From positions 46,117 through 110,116 of the forward strand of contig URQB01000003.1 of NCBI GenBank assembly GCA_900549825.1: 64,000 nt of DNA, given 5' to 3'. The notes under the pieces were generated by a model. That model was not told the DNA's origin and searched no databases. It saw only the letters and a list, made by a program, of their open reading frames with translations. The stretch is from an uncultured Oscillospiraceae bacterium. GTDB taxonomy: Bacteria > Bacillota > Clostridia > Oscillospirales > Acutalibacteraceae. Below are positions 8,332-19,081 of this stretch, one piece after another. Both the position numbers and the translations under genes were made by a program. How positions within the stretch are numbered: position 1 is the stretch's first letter; each line of letters opens with the position of its first letter.

Positions 8332-9315
8332 TTGAAAATCAGAATTGGTATTGCAGGATATGGTAATTTAGGCCGCGGCGTGGAGTGCGCCGTACAGAAC
8401 GCGCCCGATCTGGAGCTGGTTGCCCTGCTCACCAGGCGCGACCCCGCTTCCATTCAGACGCATACGGGCGTGCCCGTCTACCGCATGAGCGACGCTGCGA
8501 AGCTGCAGGATCAGATCGACGTGATGATCCTGTGCGGCGGCAGCGCGAACGATCTGCCGGAGCAGACGCCGGAGCTGGCGCGGTATTTCAACGTGGTGGA
8601 CAGCTTTGATACGCACGCAAAGATCCCGGAGCATTTCAGCCGGGTGGACGAGGCCAGCAAAAAGGCCAATAAAATCGGGGTCATCTCCGTGGGCTGGGAT
8701 CCGGGCATGTTCTCCCTTAACCGCGTGATCGCACAGGCGATCCTCCCCAACGGGCAGGATTACACCTTCTGGGGCAAGGGCGTCAGCCAGGGGCATTCCG
8801 ACGCTGTACGCCGCATCGAAGGGGTCAAGGATGCCCGGCAGTACACCATCCCGGTGGAATCCGCGCTCGAGCGGGTGCGCGGCGGCGAAAACCCAGTGCT
8901 GACCACGCGTGAGAAGCATACGCGTGAGTGCTTTGTGGTCGCAGAGGAGGGCGCGGACTGCGCAAAGATCGAAACGGCTATCAAAACCATGCCGAACTAC
9001 TTTGCGGATTACGATACCACTGTCCACTTCATCAGTGAGGAAGAGATGCGGAAAAACCACAGCGGCATCCCGCACGGCGGCAGGGTGTTCCGCTGCGGCG
9101 TGACCGGCTGGGAAAACGAGAATCGCCATATTATTGAATACAGCCTGAAGCTGGATTCCAACCCGGAGTTCACCTCCAGCATCCTCGCCGCTTATGCACG
9201 GGCTGCGTACCGTCTCTATCAGGAGGGCCAGACCGGCTGCAAGACGGTGCTGGATATCGCGCCCGCCTATCTGCATCCGGCGTCCCCGGACGAGCTGCGC
9301 GCGACGCTTCTATAA
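8332..9315 (+). CDS. ddh: meso-diaminopimelate D-dehydrogenase
   Basis: 327 aa with a TTG start. IGIAGYGNLGRGVE, SVGWDPGMFSLNRV, WGKGVSQGHSDAVRRI and HGG match Ddh as known from Corynebacterium along the whole length. Confidence 0.9.
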   Translation: MKIRIGIAGYGNLGRGVECAVQNAPDLELVALLTRRDPASIQTHTGVPVYRMSDAAKLQDQIDVMILCGGSANDLPEQTPELARYFNVVDSFDTHAKIPEHFSRVDEASKKANKIGVISVGWDPGMFSLNRVIAQAILPNGQDYTFWGKGVSQGHSDAVRRIEGVKDARQYTIPVESALERVRGGENPVLTTREKHTRECFVVAEEGADCAKIETAIKTMPNYFADYDTTVHFISEEEMRKNHSGIPHGGRVFRCGVTGWENENRHIIEYSLKLDSNPEFTSSILAAYARAAYRLYQEGQTGCKTVLDIAPAYLHPASPDELRATLL

Positions 9316-9378
9316 GCGGACAAGCCCCCGTTTTTACGCTGTTATTGATTTCGTTTCAAAGAAAGGTTGGTTGCCCGC

Positions 9379-10707
9379 ATGAAGCAGGACATGATCGTCA
9401 TTCTCGACCTCGGCTGTACAGAGAATACTGCCACCGCCCGCGCGATCCGCGCGCTGGGCGTATACAGTGAAATTTATCCCCACGACATCACACCCGCAGA
9501 GCTTGCCGCCCTGCCGAACGTCAGGGGCGTGATCTTAAACGGTGGGCCGAACCGCATTGTGGACGGCGTTTCCATCGACGCTGCGCCGGAAATCTACGAT
9601 TGCGGCCTGCCGGTACTGGCTGTCTGCCATCCCGCCGCTGCCGTACATACGGGCTGCGCCAAGGTTTCCATGCGCAATGAGCCCTGGCCGCAGGACGAGG
9701 ATGCTGCGAAAAAGGATTTGGAAGCTTTCGTCTTCGGCGAGTGCCATACGCAGGCGAACTGGAATATGGAGAACTTCATCGCCGACCAGATCGACCTTGT
9801 ACGCCGGCAGGTAGGGGAGAAAAAGGTGCTGCTCGCGCTCTCCGGCGGCGTGGATTCCTCCGTGGTTGCTGCGCTGCTGTTAAAGGCGATTGGCAATCAG
9901 CTCACCTGCGTGCATGTCAATCACGGCCTGCTGCGCAAGGGCGAGCCGGAGCAGGTGGTCGAGGTGTTTCGCAACCAGATGAACGCGAATCTCGTCTATG
10001 TGGATGCGAGCGAGCGTTTTCTCACCAAGCTTGCAGGCGTTGCCGATCCGGAGCAGAAGCGCAAGCTCATCGGCGCGGAATTCATCCGCGTGTTCGAGGA
10101 GGAGGCCCGCAAGCTCGCGGGCATCGACTTCCTTGCGCAGGGCACGATCTACCCCGATATCGTTGAGAGCGGCACGAAGACCGCCAAGATGGTCAAATCC
10201 CATCACAATGTGGGCGGGTTGCCGGAGGATCTCGCCTTCGAGCTCGTCGAGCCGCTTCGTCAGCTCTTCAAGGATGAGGTGCGCGCCTGCGGCGTAGCGC
10301 TGGGCCTGCCGGACAGTATGGTCTACCGCCAGCCCTTCCCGGGCCCCGGCCTCGGCGTGCGCTGCCTCGGCGCGATCACACGCGACCGGCTGGAGGCCGT
10401 GCGGGAATCGGACGCGATTTTGCGCGAGGAGTTCCACAACGCAGGCCTCGACAAAAAGGTCTGGCAGTATTTCACGGTCGTCCCCGATTTCAAATCCGTC
10501 GGTGTGCGCGACAATGCGCGCAGCTTTGAATACCCGGTCATCCTGCGCGCCATTAACACGGTGGACGCGATGACGGCGGGGATCGAGCGCATCGACTGGG
10601 AAGTGCTCGAGGCCATCACCTGGCGCATTTTGAGCGAGGTAAAGGGCGTCAACCGCGTCCTCTATGATATCTCACCCAAACCGCCGGCGACGATCGAGTG
10701 GGAATAA
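9379..10707 (+). CDS. GMP synthase paralog with truncated/degenerate glutaminase domain
   Basis: The synthetase half is intact ([24 protein letters not shown]-terminal PPATIEWE). The N-terminal ~120 aa align to the GATase domain, but FGGQY is LGCTE, GICYG is AVCHP, and the segment carrying FHPE is missing. Confidence 0.8.
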   Translation: MKQDMIVILDLGCTENTATARAIRALGVYSEIYPHDITPAELAALPNVRGVILNGGPNRIVDGVSIDAAPEIYDCGLPVLAVCHPAAAVHTGCAKVSMRNEPWPQDEDAAKKDLEAFVFGECHTQANWNMENFIADQIDLVRRQVGEKKVLLALSGGVDSSVVAALLLKAIGNQLTCVHVNHGLLRKGEPEQVVEVFRNQMNANLVYVDASERFLTKLAGVADPEQKRKLIGAEFIRVFEEEARKLAGIDFLAQGTIYPDIVESGTKTAKMVKSHHNVGGLPEDLAFELVEPLRQLFKDEVRACGVALGLPDSMVYRQPFPGPGLGVRCLGAITRDRLEAVRESDAILREEFHNAGLDKKVWQYFTVVPDFKSVGVRDNARSFEYPVILRAINTVDAMTAGIERIDWEVLEAITWRILSEVKGVNRVLYDISPKPPATIEWE

Positions 10708-10802
10708 AGCATTACTTACCCCGGAGAACTGCAAAGGTGCGGTCCCCCGGGGCCTTTTCCGTGATTTTTTGAGATTTGGATGGTAAGGGGAAATGGAGAA
10801 AC

Positions 10803-12287
10803 ATGCAGCGGATCGGTTTTGACAATGAGAAATATCTGAAAATGCAGTCGGCGCATATTCAGGAGCGGATCGCGCAGTTTGACAATAAGCTCTATCTCGA
10901 GCTGGGCGGGAAGCTGTTCGATGATTATCACGCCTCGCGCGTTTTGCCGGGCTTTAAGCCGGACAGCAAGATCAACATGCTTCTGAACTTGAAGGAGCAG
11001 GCGGAGATCGTAATCGTCATCAACGCCACCGATATCGAAAAGAGCAAGGTGCGCGGCGACCTCGGCATCACGTATGACGCAGACGTATTGCGCCTGATCG
11101 ACGCCTTCCGCGGCGTGGGGCTCTATGTTGGCAGCGTTGTCATCGCCCAGTATGCGGCGCAGCCGATGGCGGATAAATTCCGCAACCTGCTAGCAAAGCT
11201 CGGCGTGCCGGTCTATCTGCACTATCCAATCGAGGGCTATCCCAATAATATCCCCCTGATCGTCAGCGAAGAGGGCTTTGGGAAGAATGAGTATGTGGAG
11301 ACCAGCCGCCCGCTGGTCATCGTCACGGCACCCGGCCCCGGCAGCGGCAAGATGGCGACCTGTCTGTCGCAGCTCTATCACGAGCATCAGCGGGGCGTAA
11401 ACGCCGGATATGCCAAGTTTGAAACCTTCCCGGTCTGGAATCTTCCGCTGCGCCATCCCGTCAATCTAGCATATGAAGCCGCCACTGCGGATTTGAACGA
11501 CGTCAACATGATCGACCCCTACCACCTGGAGGCCTACGGCGAGACGACCGTCAATTATAACCGGGATATCGAGGTCTTCCCTGTGCTCAATGCGATTTTT
11601 GAGCGCATTGCCGGGGAGAGCCCCTATAAATCGCCCACGGATATGGGCGTCAATATGGCGGGCAACTGCATCATAGACGACGATGTTTGCCGCCATGCCT
11701 CCGAGCAGGAAATCATCCGCCGCTACTATCACGCCCGATGCGACCAAAAGCAGGGCCGTCTTGACGAAGCGGCCGTCTATAAGGTGGAGCTGCTGATGAA
11801 CCAGGCAGGCGTGTCTACCAAAGACCGCGCGGTCGCCGCGGCCGCTCTGGAGCGCGCGGAGGAGACGGGGCTTCCCGCCTCGGCGATCGAGCTGCCAGAT
11901 GGGCGTGTCATTACGGGAAAAACCTCTCCGCTGCTCGGCGCTTCCGCTGCTGTGCTGCTCAACGCATTGAAGGCGCTCGGCGGCATCCAGCACGATATCC
12001 TGCTGATTTCCCCGATCATTATTGAGCCGATTCAGAATTTAAAAACCAAGCATCTGGGAAATCATAACCCCAGGCTGCATTCCGATGAGGTACTCATCGC
12101 CCTGTGCATCAGCGCGGCGACGAACCCCACTGCCGAGCTCGCATTGAAACAGCTTGCAAAGCTCAAGGGCTGCGAAGCACACTCCTCCGTGATCCTCTCC
12201 CAGGTGGACGATTCCGTCTTCCGCAAGCTGGGGATGAACCTGACATGCGAAGCGCGGTACCAAAGCCAGAAGCTCTATCACAAATGA
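10803..12287 (+). CDS. DUF1846 (UPF0371) family protein
   Basis: Start [23 protein letters not shown]...[10 protein letters not shown] after GGAGA. About 494 aa, the characteristic length and N-terminus of the family. Confidence 0.8.
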   Translation: MQRIGFDNEKYLKMQSAHIQERIAQFDNKLYLELGGKLFDDYHASRVLPGFKPDSKINMLLNLKEQAEIVIVINATDIEKSKVRGDLGITYDADVLRLIDAFRGVGLYVGSVVIAQYAAQPMADKFRNLLAKLGVPVYLHYPIEGYPNNIPLIVSEEGFGKNEYVETSRPLVIVTAPGPGSGKMATCLSQLYHEHQRGVNAGYAKFETFPVWNLPLRHPVNLAYEAATADLNDVNMIDPYHLEAYGETTVNYNRDIEVFPVLNAIFERIAGESPYKSPTDMGVNMAGNCIIDDDVCRHASEQEIIRRYYHARCDQKQGRLDEAAVYKVELLMNQAGVSTKDRAVAAAALERAEETGLPASAIELPDGRVITGKTSPLLGASAAVLLNALKALGGIQHDILLISPIIIEPIQNLKTKHLGNHNPRLHSDEVLIALCISAATNPTAELALKQLAKLKGCEAHSSVILSQVDDSVFRKLGMNLTCEARYQSQKLYHK

Positions 12288-12464
12288 CCCCAATGAACGG
12301 GCCCATCCTTTTCCGCAAGGGCGCGGGAAGGCGGCCTGAGAGGCGGCTTGTCTGGCTGCTCTTCATTGCCATATTGTCAGTCAGACGGCCGGAAAGCGCG
12401 AAGCTTTGCGGCCGTCTCTCTATAAACAGATCACCCCAAAATACAGGAATAGGAGGAAACAGAT

Positions 12465-14066
12465 ATGGATACGAAATTTATTTTCGTCACAGGAGGCGTC
12501 GTCTCCGGCCTGGGCAAAGGGATCACGGCCGCTTCCCTTGGCCGGCTTTTAAAGGCGCGGGGCCTGAAGGTCACCGTGATGAAGCTCGACCCTTACCTCA
12601 ATGTCGACCCCGGCACGATGAATCCGATCCAGCACGGCGAGGTTTTCGTCACGGATGACGGCGCGGAGACCGATCTCGATCTGGGCCATTACGAGCGCTT
12701 TATCGATGAGAGCCTGTCGCAAAACAGCAATCTGACCTCCGGGCGTGTCTATTTCCAAGTCATCACAGATGAGCGCAAGGGCGTCTACGGCGGGCAGACC
12801 ATCCAGGTGATCCCGCATATCACCAATGAGATCAAACGGCGCATCGCGCTGAATACGGAGGCGGATGTCGTATTTGTGGAGATTGGCGGCACGGTGGGTG
12901 ATATCGAGGGCCAGCCCTTTCTGGAGGCGATCCGCCAGTTTGCGCAGGAGCACGGGCGGGAAAACTGCATGTTTATCCATGTGACGCTCATTCCCTACCT
13001 GAATGCGTCGATGGAGCTCAAAACGAAGCCGACACAGCACAGCGTCAAGGAGCTTCTGGGGCTCGGCATCCGGCCGGACGTGATCGTCTGCCGCTGCGAG
13101 CATTCGATCGACGACCATATCCGCGAGAAGATCGCCCTGTTCTGCAATGTGCCGAAGGAGAACGTCATCGAAAACCGCGATATGCCCACGCTGTATGAGA
13201 TCCCGCTTGCGCTGGAAAAAGAGGGCCTGGCGGAGATCGCCATCAAACAACTGCATTTGGAATGCGGTAAGCCGGATCTTATGGACTGGACGGCGATGGT
13301 GGAGCGTAACCGCCATCTGGAAAAGGAGGTAGACATCGCACTGGTCGGCAAGTATGTGGAGTTGCACGATTCCTATCTCTCCGTTGCTGAGGCGCTCAAG
13401 CACGGCGGCATTCAGAACAATGCACACATCCACATCCGTTGGACCGACAGCGAGCAGATCACGCCAGAGAATGTGGAGACGTTTGCTGGGATCGATGGTA
13501 TCTTAGTGCCCGGTGGTTTCGGCACGCGCGGCATCGATGGGAAGATCCTCGCGGTAAAATTCGCGCGGGAGCATAAAATTCCTTACCTCGGTATCTGCCT
13601 CGGCCTGCAGATTGCCATCATTGAATTTGCGCGCAACGTCCTGCACATGGCGGGCGCGAGCAGCACGGAATTCGACCCCGACACGCCCTACCCTGTGATC
13701 GATCTAATGCTCGATCAGAAGGATGTTTCCGATCTGGGCGGCACGATGCGCCTGGGCCAGTATCCATGTATCCTGCAGGAGGATAGCAAGGCCTACGCGG
13801 CCTATGGGCAGCAGCTGATTTATGAGCGCCACCGCCACCGCTATGAGGTCAACAACGACTATCGGGACCGCTTGGAAAAGGGCGGCATGCGCCTGTGCGG
13901 CGTTTCGCCGGATAAGCACATCGTCGAGATGGTTGAGCTGAAATCGCACCCCTGGTTTGTTGCGTCGCAGGCGCATCCGGAATTCAAATCCCGGCCGAAT
14001 AAGCCACATCCATTGTTCGCTAATTTCGTGGGCGCGGCGCTGATGCACCGGGAGGTGGAAAAATAA
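12465..14066 (+). CDS. pyrG: CTP synthase
   Basis: [26 protein letters not shown]... and the GATase block GICLGLQ. 533 aa. Confidence 0.95.
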   Translation: MDTKFIFVTGGVVSGLGKGITAASLGRLLKARGLKVTVMKLDPYLNVDPGTMNPIQHGEVFVTDDGAETDLDLGHYERFIDESLSQNSNLTSGRVYFQVITDERKGVYGGQTIQVIPHITNEIKRRIALNTEADVVFVEIGGTVGDIEGQPFLEAIRQFAQEHGRENCMFIHVTLIPYLNASMELKTKPTQHSVKELLGLGIRPDVIVCRCEHSIDDHIREKIALFCNVPKENVIENRDMPTLYEIPLALEKEGLAEIAIKQLHLECGKPDLMDWTAMVERNRHLEKEVDIALVGKYVELHDSYLSVAEALKHGGIQNNAHIHIRWTDSEQITPENVETFAGIDGILVPGGFGTRGIDGKILAVKFAREHKIPYLGICLGLQIAIIEFARNVLHMAGASSTEFDPDTPYPVIDLMLDQKDVSDLGGTMRLGQYPCILQEDSKAYAAYGQQLIYERHRHRYEVNNDYRDRLEKGGMRLCGVSPDKHIVEMVELKSHPWFVASQAHPEFKSRPNKPHPLFANFVGAALMHREVEK

Positions 14067-14169
14067 GCAATCCAGTCAATTTTACTTTATTACAATATGA
14101 TGTCATGGGGGAATGCTATAATAGAACAGCCAAGAAGGGTCAGCCGGCCTGCAAAAGGGGGTGGCTTCT

Positions 14170-14394
14170 ATGAAAGCTACGCGAAAACTCATTGCCCCGA
14201 TCATCATTACGATCGTGTGCATTTTAGCCCTGATCGCATATATGGGCGTTGTATTTGCGGCCTCGATCCCCATCTGGCTGAAAATAGCGGGTGCGGTTGC
14301 GCTTCTGGTGCTGATCGGCGTGGCCATTTATGTTTTGTTCGAACGAATTCAGGAAGTTAGGAGCGGTGAAGAGGATGATCTTGGTAAATACTGA
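14170..14394 (+). CDS. Small two-TM membrane protein, hypothetical
   Basis: MKATRKLIAPIIITIVCILALIAYMGVVFAASIPIWLKIAGAVALLVLIGVAIYVLFERIQEVRSGEEDDLGKY, preceded by AAGGGGGTGG. Its 3' end overlaps the next gene by 20 nt. Confidence 0.5.
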   Translation: MKATRKLIAPIIITIVCILALIAYMGVVFAASIPIWLKIAGAVALLVLIGVAIYVLFERIQEVRSGEEDDLGKY

Positions 14395-14686
14395 TTATAT
14401 CAGCGGCAGGGAGCTGGAAATGCTCGGGCTGGTCAAGGGCAGTACGATCCAGACGAGAAATATCGGCCGCGATATCACACAGAGCTTTAAAACCATCGTG
14501 GGCGGAGAGCTGAAGGCTTATAACGAGATGATGAGCGAAGCGCGCGCGTTGGCGACCAAGCGCATGGTCGAGGAAGCCGAGGAGTTGAGCGCCGATGCCA
14601 TTGTCAATATCCGTTATGCGTCTTCTACGATCATGCAGGGCGCGGCGGAAGTGATTGCTTACGGCACGGCGGTACGGTTTCGATAA
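14375..14686 (+). CDS. YbjQ/UPF0145 family protein
   Basis: MILVNTDYISGRELEMLGLVKGSTIQTRNIGRDI...GGELKAYNEMMSEARALATKRMVEEAEELSADAIVNIRY is the typical YbjQ pattern. ORF 14330 trimmed to the ATG at 14375 after AGGAG. Confidence 0.8.
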   Translation: MILVNTDYISGRELEMLGLVKGSTIQTRNIGRDITQSFKTIVGGELKAYNEMMSEARALATKRMVEEAEELSADAIVNIRYASSTIMQGAAEVIAYGTAVRFR

Positions 14687-14924
14687 AAATTGATAATTTG
14701 CATTTCATAAAGGCAGGACGGTCGATCCCGGAGGGAGGCCGTCCTGCTTTTTGTATTGTCCCCATCCGAAAAGTGTGATATATTATGGATATTTCTTGTA
14801 TTAATGGATTTAGATGATCTGTGTGGTTGAGGATTTTACACAATATAAGCGGAAATGAAAAACAGATGGATTATGATGCGGTTTTGCCGATCGCATGGAT
14901 GAAACAATCAAAGGGAGAGATTTT

Positions 14925-16424
14925 ATGGAAAGCACCATGCAAAGCACTCCGGCGCAGCAGAAAAAGTATGTATCCAACAAAGAGTTCATTCTCTTCTTAA
15001 TCAGCGTATTCTTCTACACCAACATGACGGGCATGGTCAACGGCTACCGCCAGGCGTATCTTGTCAACGTTTTGCGGCTGGATAGCGGAAGCGTTTCGAC
15101 CATCAATATGATCTGCGGGATTCTGGGCTTTGCCCTGAGCTTCTTTTATGCCATTGTGATGGATAATCGGAAAAAGAGCAAGCTTGGCAAATTCCGGCCG
15201 CTTGGGTTTGCATCGGCGATCCCTATGGGCATTCTGACGGTTATGATGTTTGTCACGCCGCAGATGCCGCTGCCGTTTATGATCGCCTATCTTTGCATCG
15301 TGCAGCTTCTGCAGGGCGCGGCGGTTTATTTTGGCAACAGCGTGAATATGGTCGGCGTTGTGATGACGCCCAACACGCAGGAGCGAGATCGGATTCTCTC
15401 CTTCCGTGGAATCTCCAGCGCAATCGGAAATTCCGCGCCGCTCGTAATCGTTTTGGTGATCGGTCTGCTGCGCGAACCCGGCATCATCAAGACGGAAGCG
15501 ATGATGTATATTGTTTCCGCCGCGCTGTGCGGCCTGGCCGGCACGCTTTCCATGCTGGCGGGCATGAAGGCGGTGCGCGAGCGCATTGTTTACAGCGAAA
15601 AGCGGGAAAATCCGCTGCTGGGCTTCCGGGATGTACTCGGCAACAATTATGCGCTGCTGGTACTGCTCAGCGAATTCCTGAAAAATTTTCGTCAGATTGC
15701 AAACTATATGGGGATCTTCCTTGCGGTTGCGTTGCTGGGTGATCCAAGTAAATTTGTCCTGTTCGGTCTGCCGACCGGCATCGGCACCTTCGTCGGCATG
15801 CTGATCGTCAACGCCCTGCTCAAGAAATTTACCAGCAAGCAGATTTATATCGCGTCCGGCGTATATTCCGTGCTTGCTAACGGTGGCGCGTTCGTGACGG
15901 GCCTGCTGTTTTTCAACCATCCGGGCCAGACGTTTTTGACGCTCCTGTTCTTTGTTTTCCTCTTCCTCATCGGCCTTCAGTTCGGCGCCTCCAATCTCCT
16001 GCCGAATATGTTCCAGGCCGATATCCTGGAGGATATTGAGTTGAAGACGGGCAAGCGGCTGGACGCGAGCCTTGCGTTTATCATCAGCGCAGGCTCATCG
16101 CTCAGCGGCCTGATTGCTTCGTCCCTGTCTCCTCTGATCCTCTATGGAGAGCATTCCATTATCCACTATATCCCGCCAGTGGATCAGATGATCGACGGCG
16201 CGATGCAGACGGTCTATCAGACGCAGCCATACAGTACAAAGGTGAGCCTGCTGTTTTTCTATACGCTTTTCCATGGCATTATGATGCTGCTGGCCGGGCT
16301 GCCGTTCTTCTTCTATCAGCTCTCCGGAAAAGAACGTGAGCGCGTGCATGAAGAGGTGCTGCGCAGACGGGATGAGCTTGATAAGGAGCGCGGCGGTTCC
16401 GATGAGGCGGAGGAGGCTCGTTGA
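14925..16424 (+). CDS. MFS transporter, glycoside-pentoside-hexuronide (GPH)-like
   Basis: About 499 aa and 12-TM-like, with a hydrophilic C-terminal tail. Start MESTMQS after AGGGAGAG. Confidence 0.75.
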   Translation: MESTMQSTPAQQKKYVSNKEFILFLISVFFYTNMTGMVNGYRQAYLVNVLRLDSGSVSTINMICGILGFALSFFYAIVMDNRKKSKLGKFRPLGFASAIPMGILTVMMFVTPQMPLPFMIAYLCIVQLLQGAAVYFGNSVNMVGVVMTPNTQERDRILSFRGISSAIGNSAPLVIVLVIGLLREPGIIKTEAMMYIVSAALCGLAGTLSMLAGMKAVRERIVYSEKRENPLLGFRDVLGNNYALLVLLSEFLKNFRQIANYMGIFLAVALLGDPSKFVLFGLPTGIGTFVGMLIVNALLKKFTSKQIYIASGVYSVLANGGAFVTGLLFFNHPGQTFLTLLFFVFLFLIGLQFGASNLLPNMFQADILEDIELKTGKRLDASLAFIISAGSSLSGLIASSLSPLILYGEHSIIHYIPPVDQMIDGAMQTVYQTQPYSTKVSLLFFYTLFHGIMMLLAGLPFFFYQLSGKERERVHEEVLRRRDELDKERGGSDEAEEAR

Positions 16425-16760
16425 GCCCTCACAGGGAAGATACTCATTCAATGAAAAAGGCGCATTGCAAACAAGTGTGTTGCAACGCGCCCTTATGATT
16501 TGAAGAGAAAGCGAAGGCTTTCTGTCAGCGATGCGATGGTAACAGAAGACTTCTATACCGTTGCATCCGAGAGGGATAGAAAGGCTTCTCTCTGGGAGTC
16601 AAAAAAGCACAGAGTTACCCGGAGGCTTTGGTGATGTTAAAGGCATAGTGGGGCTGAAGTGATGTCAAATTAGGGCCGTTTTAGAACTGAATAGAAGCAG
16701 CCACGCACTGCTTGAGCGTGCATGGCTGCTTTGTTACGAGGTCATTCACATGGCGTATTC

Positions 16761-17201
16761 TTAAGCGGCCTCAATATAGCCAGAAAAATTCTGATGGGTA
16801 CCGCTGAAAAGAATATAAATTTCCGCCTTGGATGATATTTCGCCAACCGTGTATGTGGAATCATTGGAATGCGGGGCGATATCATTGTCGGAATAGGTCC
16901 ATGTAAAGGACTTCACCCGTACTCTCAAGGTGTAATCGCTATGATTCTCTACATGCACACGATACTTTGTTTTGCCTGTAAAATAATAGTTGGTATACAT
17001 GTTTTGGGAGGCGGAAGTGCCAGCAAAGTCATAACGAGAAGAGATATCCCATAATTGGGTTGGCCTGCTTGTGTCTCGTGTTACAGGTTCCGGGGATACG
17101 CCGATATTCTGACCGTCGCCAATTGCGAACGCGCTAACGCTGAAGGAGCAAAGAAGGATGACCGCCATGAGCAGTGCGGCTATTTTTTTTGTACGAGTCA
17201 T
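16761..17201 (-). CDS. Secreted hypothetical protein
   Basis: 146 aa with signal peptide MTRTKKIAALLMAVILLCSFSVSAFA. Lies in AT-rich DNA. No family recognised. Confidence 0.6.
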   Translation of the reverse strand: MTRTKKIAALLMAVILLCSFSVSAFAIGDGQNIGVSPEPVTRDTSRPTQLWDISSRYDFAGTSASQNMYTNYYFTGKTKYRVHVENHSDYTLRVRVKSFTWTYSDNDIAPHSNDSTYTVGEISSKAEIYILFSGTHQNFSGYIEAA

Positions 17202-17294
17202 TTTTATGATCCTTTCTAAAAATTAATTAAAATATGCTTGCACTTGAAAGTGCTATAACAAGCCCATTGGAATCACCTCCCTCTTCTGATAAAA

Positions 17295-17921
17295 TTATTG
17301 ATTCGTTTCAATCCTGAATTTTTTAGTGAATTGCGGCAGGCACTTTTGAAACAGGAGAAAAACCAGGAAGCCGAATATCGCCCCAAGCGTATTAATCCAC
17401 AGGTCGTCAATGTCGGTCCCCCTGCCGAGGGGAAGCTGATTGAGTTCGACAAAAAGAGAGAACAAGAATGCGATTAGGATAGTCTTTGGAAAAGTCATGC
17501 GTTCCCACAACAACGGAAGGAAAAAGCCGAACGACAGAACCCCGACGATATTTCCCAAGATGTTGGTAATGAGATAATCGATATTTCGATCGATGATGAC
17601 CTCATGATAAAAATCCTGAAATACCCGGAAGGGAATCAGGTTGATATTCTCAGGGACGATACCGACATACCAGTCAATGGAAATAAACGGCGGACGGGAA
17701 TACAGCATGATATGCGGAAAAAAGGTGATGGAGGAAAAGAAAACAATGGACATCAGGAATAACCCGATTCCAACCTCGTGCCATACAGTTGTCTGCATTG
17801 CCATTTTTTTGAGGGAACGGATGCGGAACCAGCGGAAAAGGACAATGATTGGAATGGAAAGCAGGACATATGGAAGCGAAGCCCCAACATATGGAAGATT
17901 GTAGAATAAATATTTTAGCAA
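17295..17921 (-). CDS. VanZ family membrane protein
   Basis: 208 aa with NLIPFRVF..., ...ELNQLPLGRGTDIDDLWINTLGAIFGF, the VanZ-like signature. Confidence 0.8.
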   Translation of the reverse strand: MLKYLFYNLPYVGASLPYVLLSIPIIVLFRWFRIRSLKKMAMQTTVWHEVGIGLFLMSIVFFSSITFFPHIMLYSRPPFISIDWYVGIVPENINLIPFRVFQDFYHEVIIDRNIDYLITNILGNIVGVLSFGFFLPLLWERMTFPKTILIAFLFSLFVELNQLPLGRGTDIDDLWINTLGAIFGFLVFLLFQKCLPQFTKKFRIETNQ

Positions 17922-18128
17922 AGGAAGGATCCTTTCTACTAATAATGGACATTTTATTACATAAAAGTTATAATTATCAATAAATTGATTTATATATGGA
18001 AAATAAAAACATAAAAATTATCTATAACCATGTTACGATTAATTATATAAAAAGTCAAGGTATATCGCAAATATTATTTTCAATATAAAAAGCGCCCCAT
18101 TCCGGGACGCTCCCTATTTATTCTTCTG

Positions 18129-18421
18129 CGATCTGTCAGCTGCTTTCATACCGTGCTAGAAACGCCTTTGTCCTGTCGCTTTTCGGGTGGTTGATTACCT
18201 CGTCCGGCGTATATTCCGTGCTTGCCAACGGTGGCGCGTTCATGACGGGCCTGCTGTTTTTCTATATGCTTTTCCATGGCATTATGATGCTGCTGGCCGG
18301 GCTGCCGTTCTTCTTCTATCAGCTCTCCGGAAAAGAACGTGAGCGCGTGCATGAAGAGGTGCTGCGCAGACGGGATGAGCTTGATAAGGAGCGCGGGAGT
18401 ACAGAAGAAAGCGAACTATAA
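18129..18421. pseudogene. Chimeric scar: ABC-ATPase 3' end (minus sense) fused to two pieces of the MFS gene (plus sense)
   Basis: 18136-18210 read in reverse gives ...[24 protein letters not shown], against ...[24 protein letters not shown] for the gene at 20526. 18201-18262 equals 15853-15914 with 2 mismatches. 18249-18378 equals 16246-16375 plus following bases with 1 mismatch. Confidence 0.75.
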
Positions 18422-18568
18422 TGCTGGGGAAAACACTTTACTCTAGACGGATTTCTTTTCACAAATGAAAGTATCACTTTTAAAAGGGTTATTGAAAATC
18501 ATTTTAATAGCACTTACTATGTAACTGTTGACGCCGACATCAATTAGTTAAAGATTGGAGATAATGAG

Positions 18569-19003
18569 ATGAAAATAGAAGAATTTAAAAATATTACAAT
18601 AGCTTATATGCGTAATACCGGTGAATATGGTCCTAAAAATAAAGAGTTGATGGAGAACTTTAAGGACTTTTTAAGAACCAATCATTTATTGAATGAACAA
18701 ACCACTATTTTAGGAATAGCCTTAGACAATCCAGCATTCACACCAACGAATGAGTTACGATATGATGTAGGACTTATCATAGACGAAAATAAGGAAATTG
18801 CTTTAAATAAGCGAAAAATTGATGATGGAAAATATGCCGTATTTGAAGTTCCTCATACAGAGCAAGGGGTATTATCCTTTTGGAAAAATATTTCACAATT
18901 AACAGCGGACTTATCCATAGATGATAAAAAGCCTATTATGGAACGCTATGCTATGGATAAAATCACGAATTGTTTGTGCGAGTTTTGTATTCCGTTAAAA
19001 TAG
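18569..19003 (+). CDS. GyrI-like small-molecule-binding domain protein
   Basis: 144 aa: ...ITIAYMRNTGEYGPKN...LGIALDNP...RYDVGLII...YAVFEVPHTEQG...PIMERY, the layout of AraC-effector/GyrI-like domains. Confidence 0.7.
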   Translation: MKIEEFKNITIAYMRNTGEYGPKNKELMENFKDFLRTNHLLNEQTTILGIALDNPAFTPTNELRYDVGLIIDENKEIALNKRKIDDGKYAVFEVPHTEQGVLSFWKNISQLTADLSIDDKKPIMERYAMDKITNCLCEFCIPLK

Positions 19004-19081
19004 TATCGGACCTTTCCGGATGATTGATGCTAATTTCTAACTTTAAAAGGATCTCACCTTCATAGATGAGATCCTCCTTTG

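Noticed and set aside
8368-9276. Long antisense ORFs opposite well-supported genes (8368..9276 vs ddh; 39365..40492 vs glgD; 40916..41857 vs glgC; 45278..46639 vs ADH; 53136..54311 vs M23; 26935..27918 vs sortase; 61121..62041 vs hydS; 51386..52351 vs putP; 14997..15920 vs MFS)
   Set aside because: Each mirrors a gene with clear family motifs on the other strand. The translations are low-complexity and Arg/His/Gly-rich. This is the expected stop-codon depletion in the antisense frames of GC-rich genes.
12288-12464. Hairpin agacggccg...cggccgtct in the pyrG leader as an attenuator or riboswitch
   Set aside because: No U-tract follows the stem, and I found no alternative pairing or recognisable aptamer. 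It may simply be the DUF1846 gene's 3' stem-loop.
14170-14686. Small membrane protein plus YbjQ as a possible two-gene toxin/antitoxin-like pair
   Set aside because: YbjQ-family genes are common housekeeping-type genes. The 20-nt overlap is ordinary translational coupling, and there is no mobile or duplicated context.
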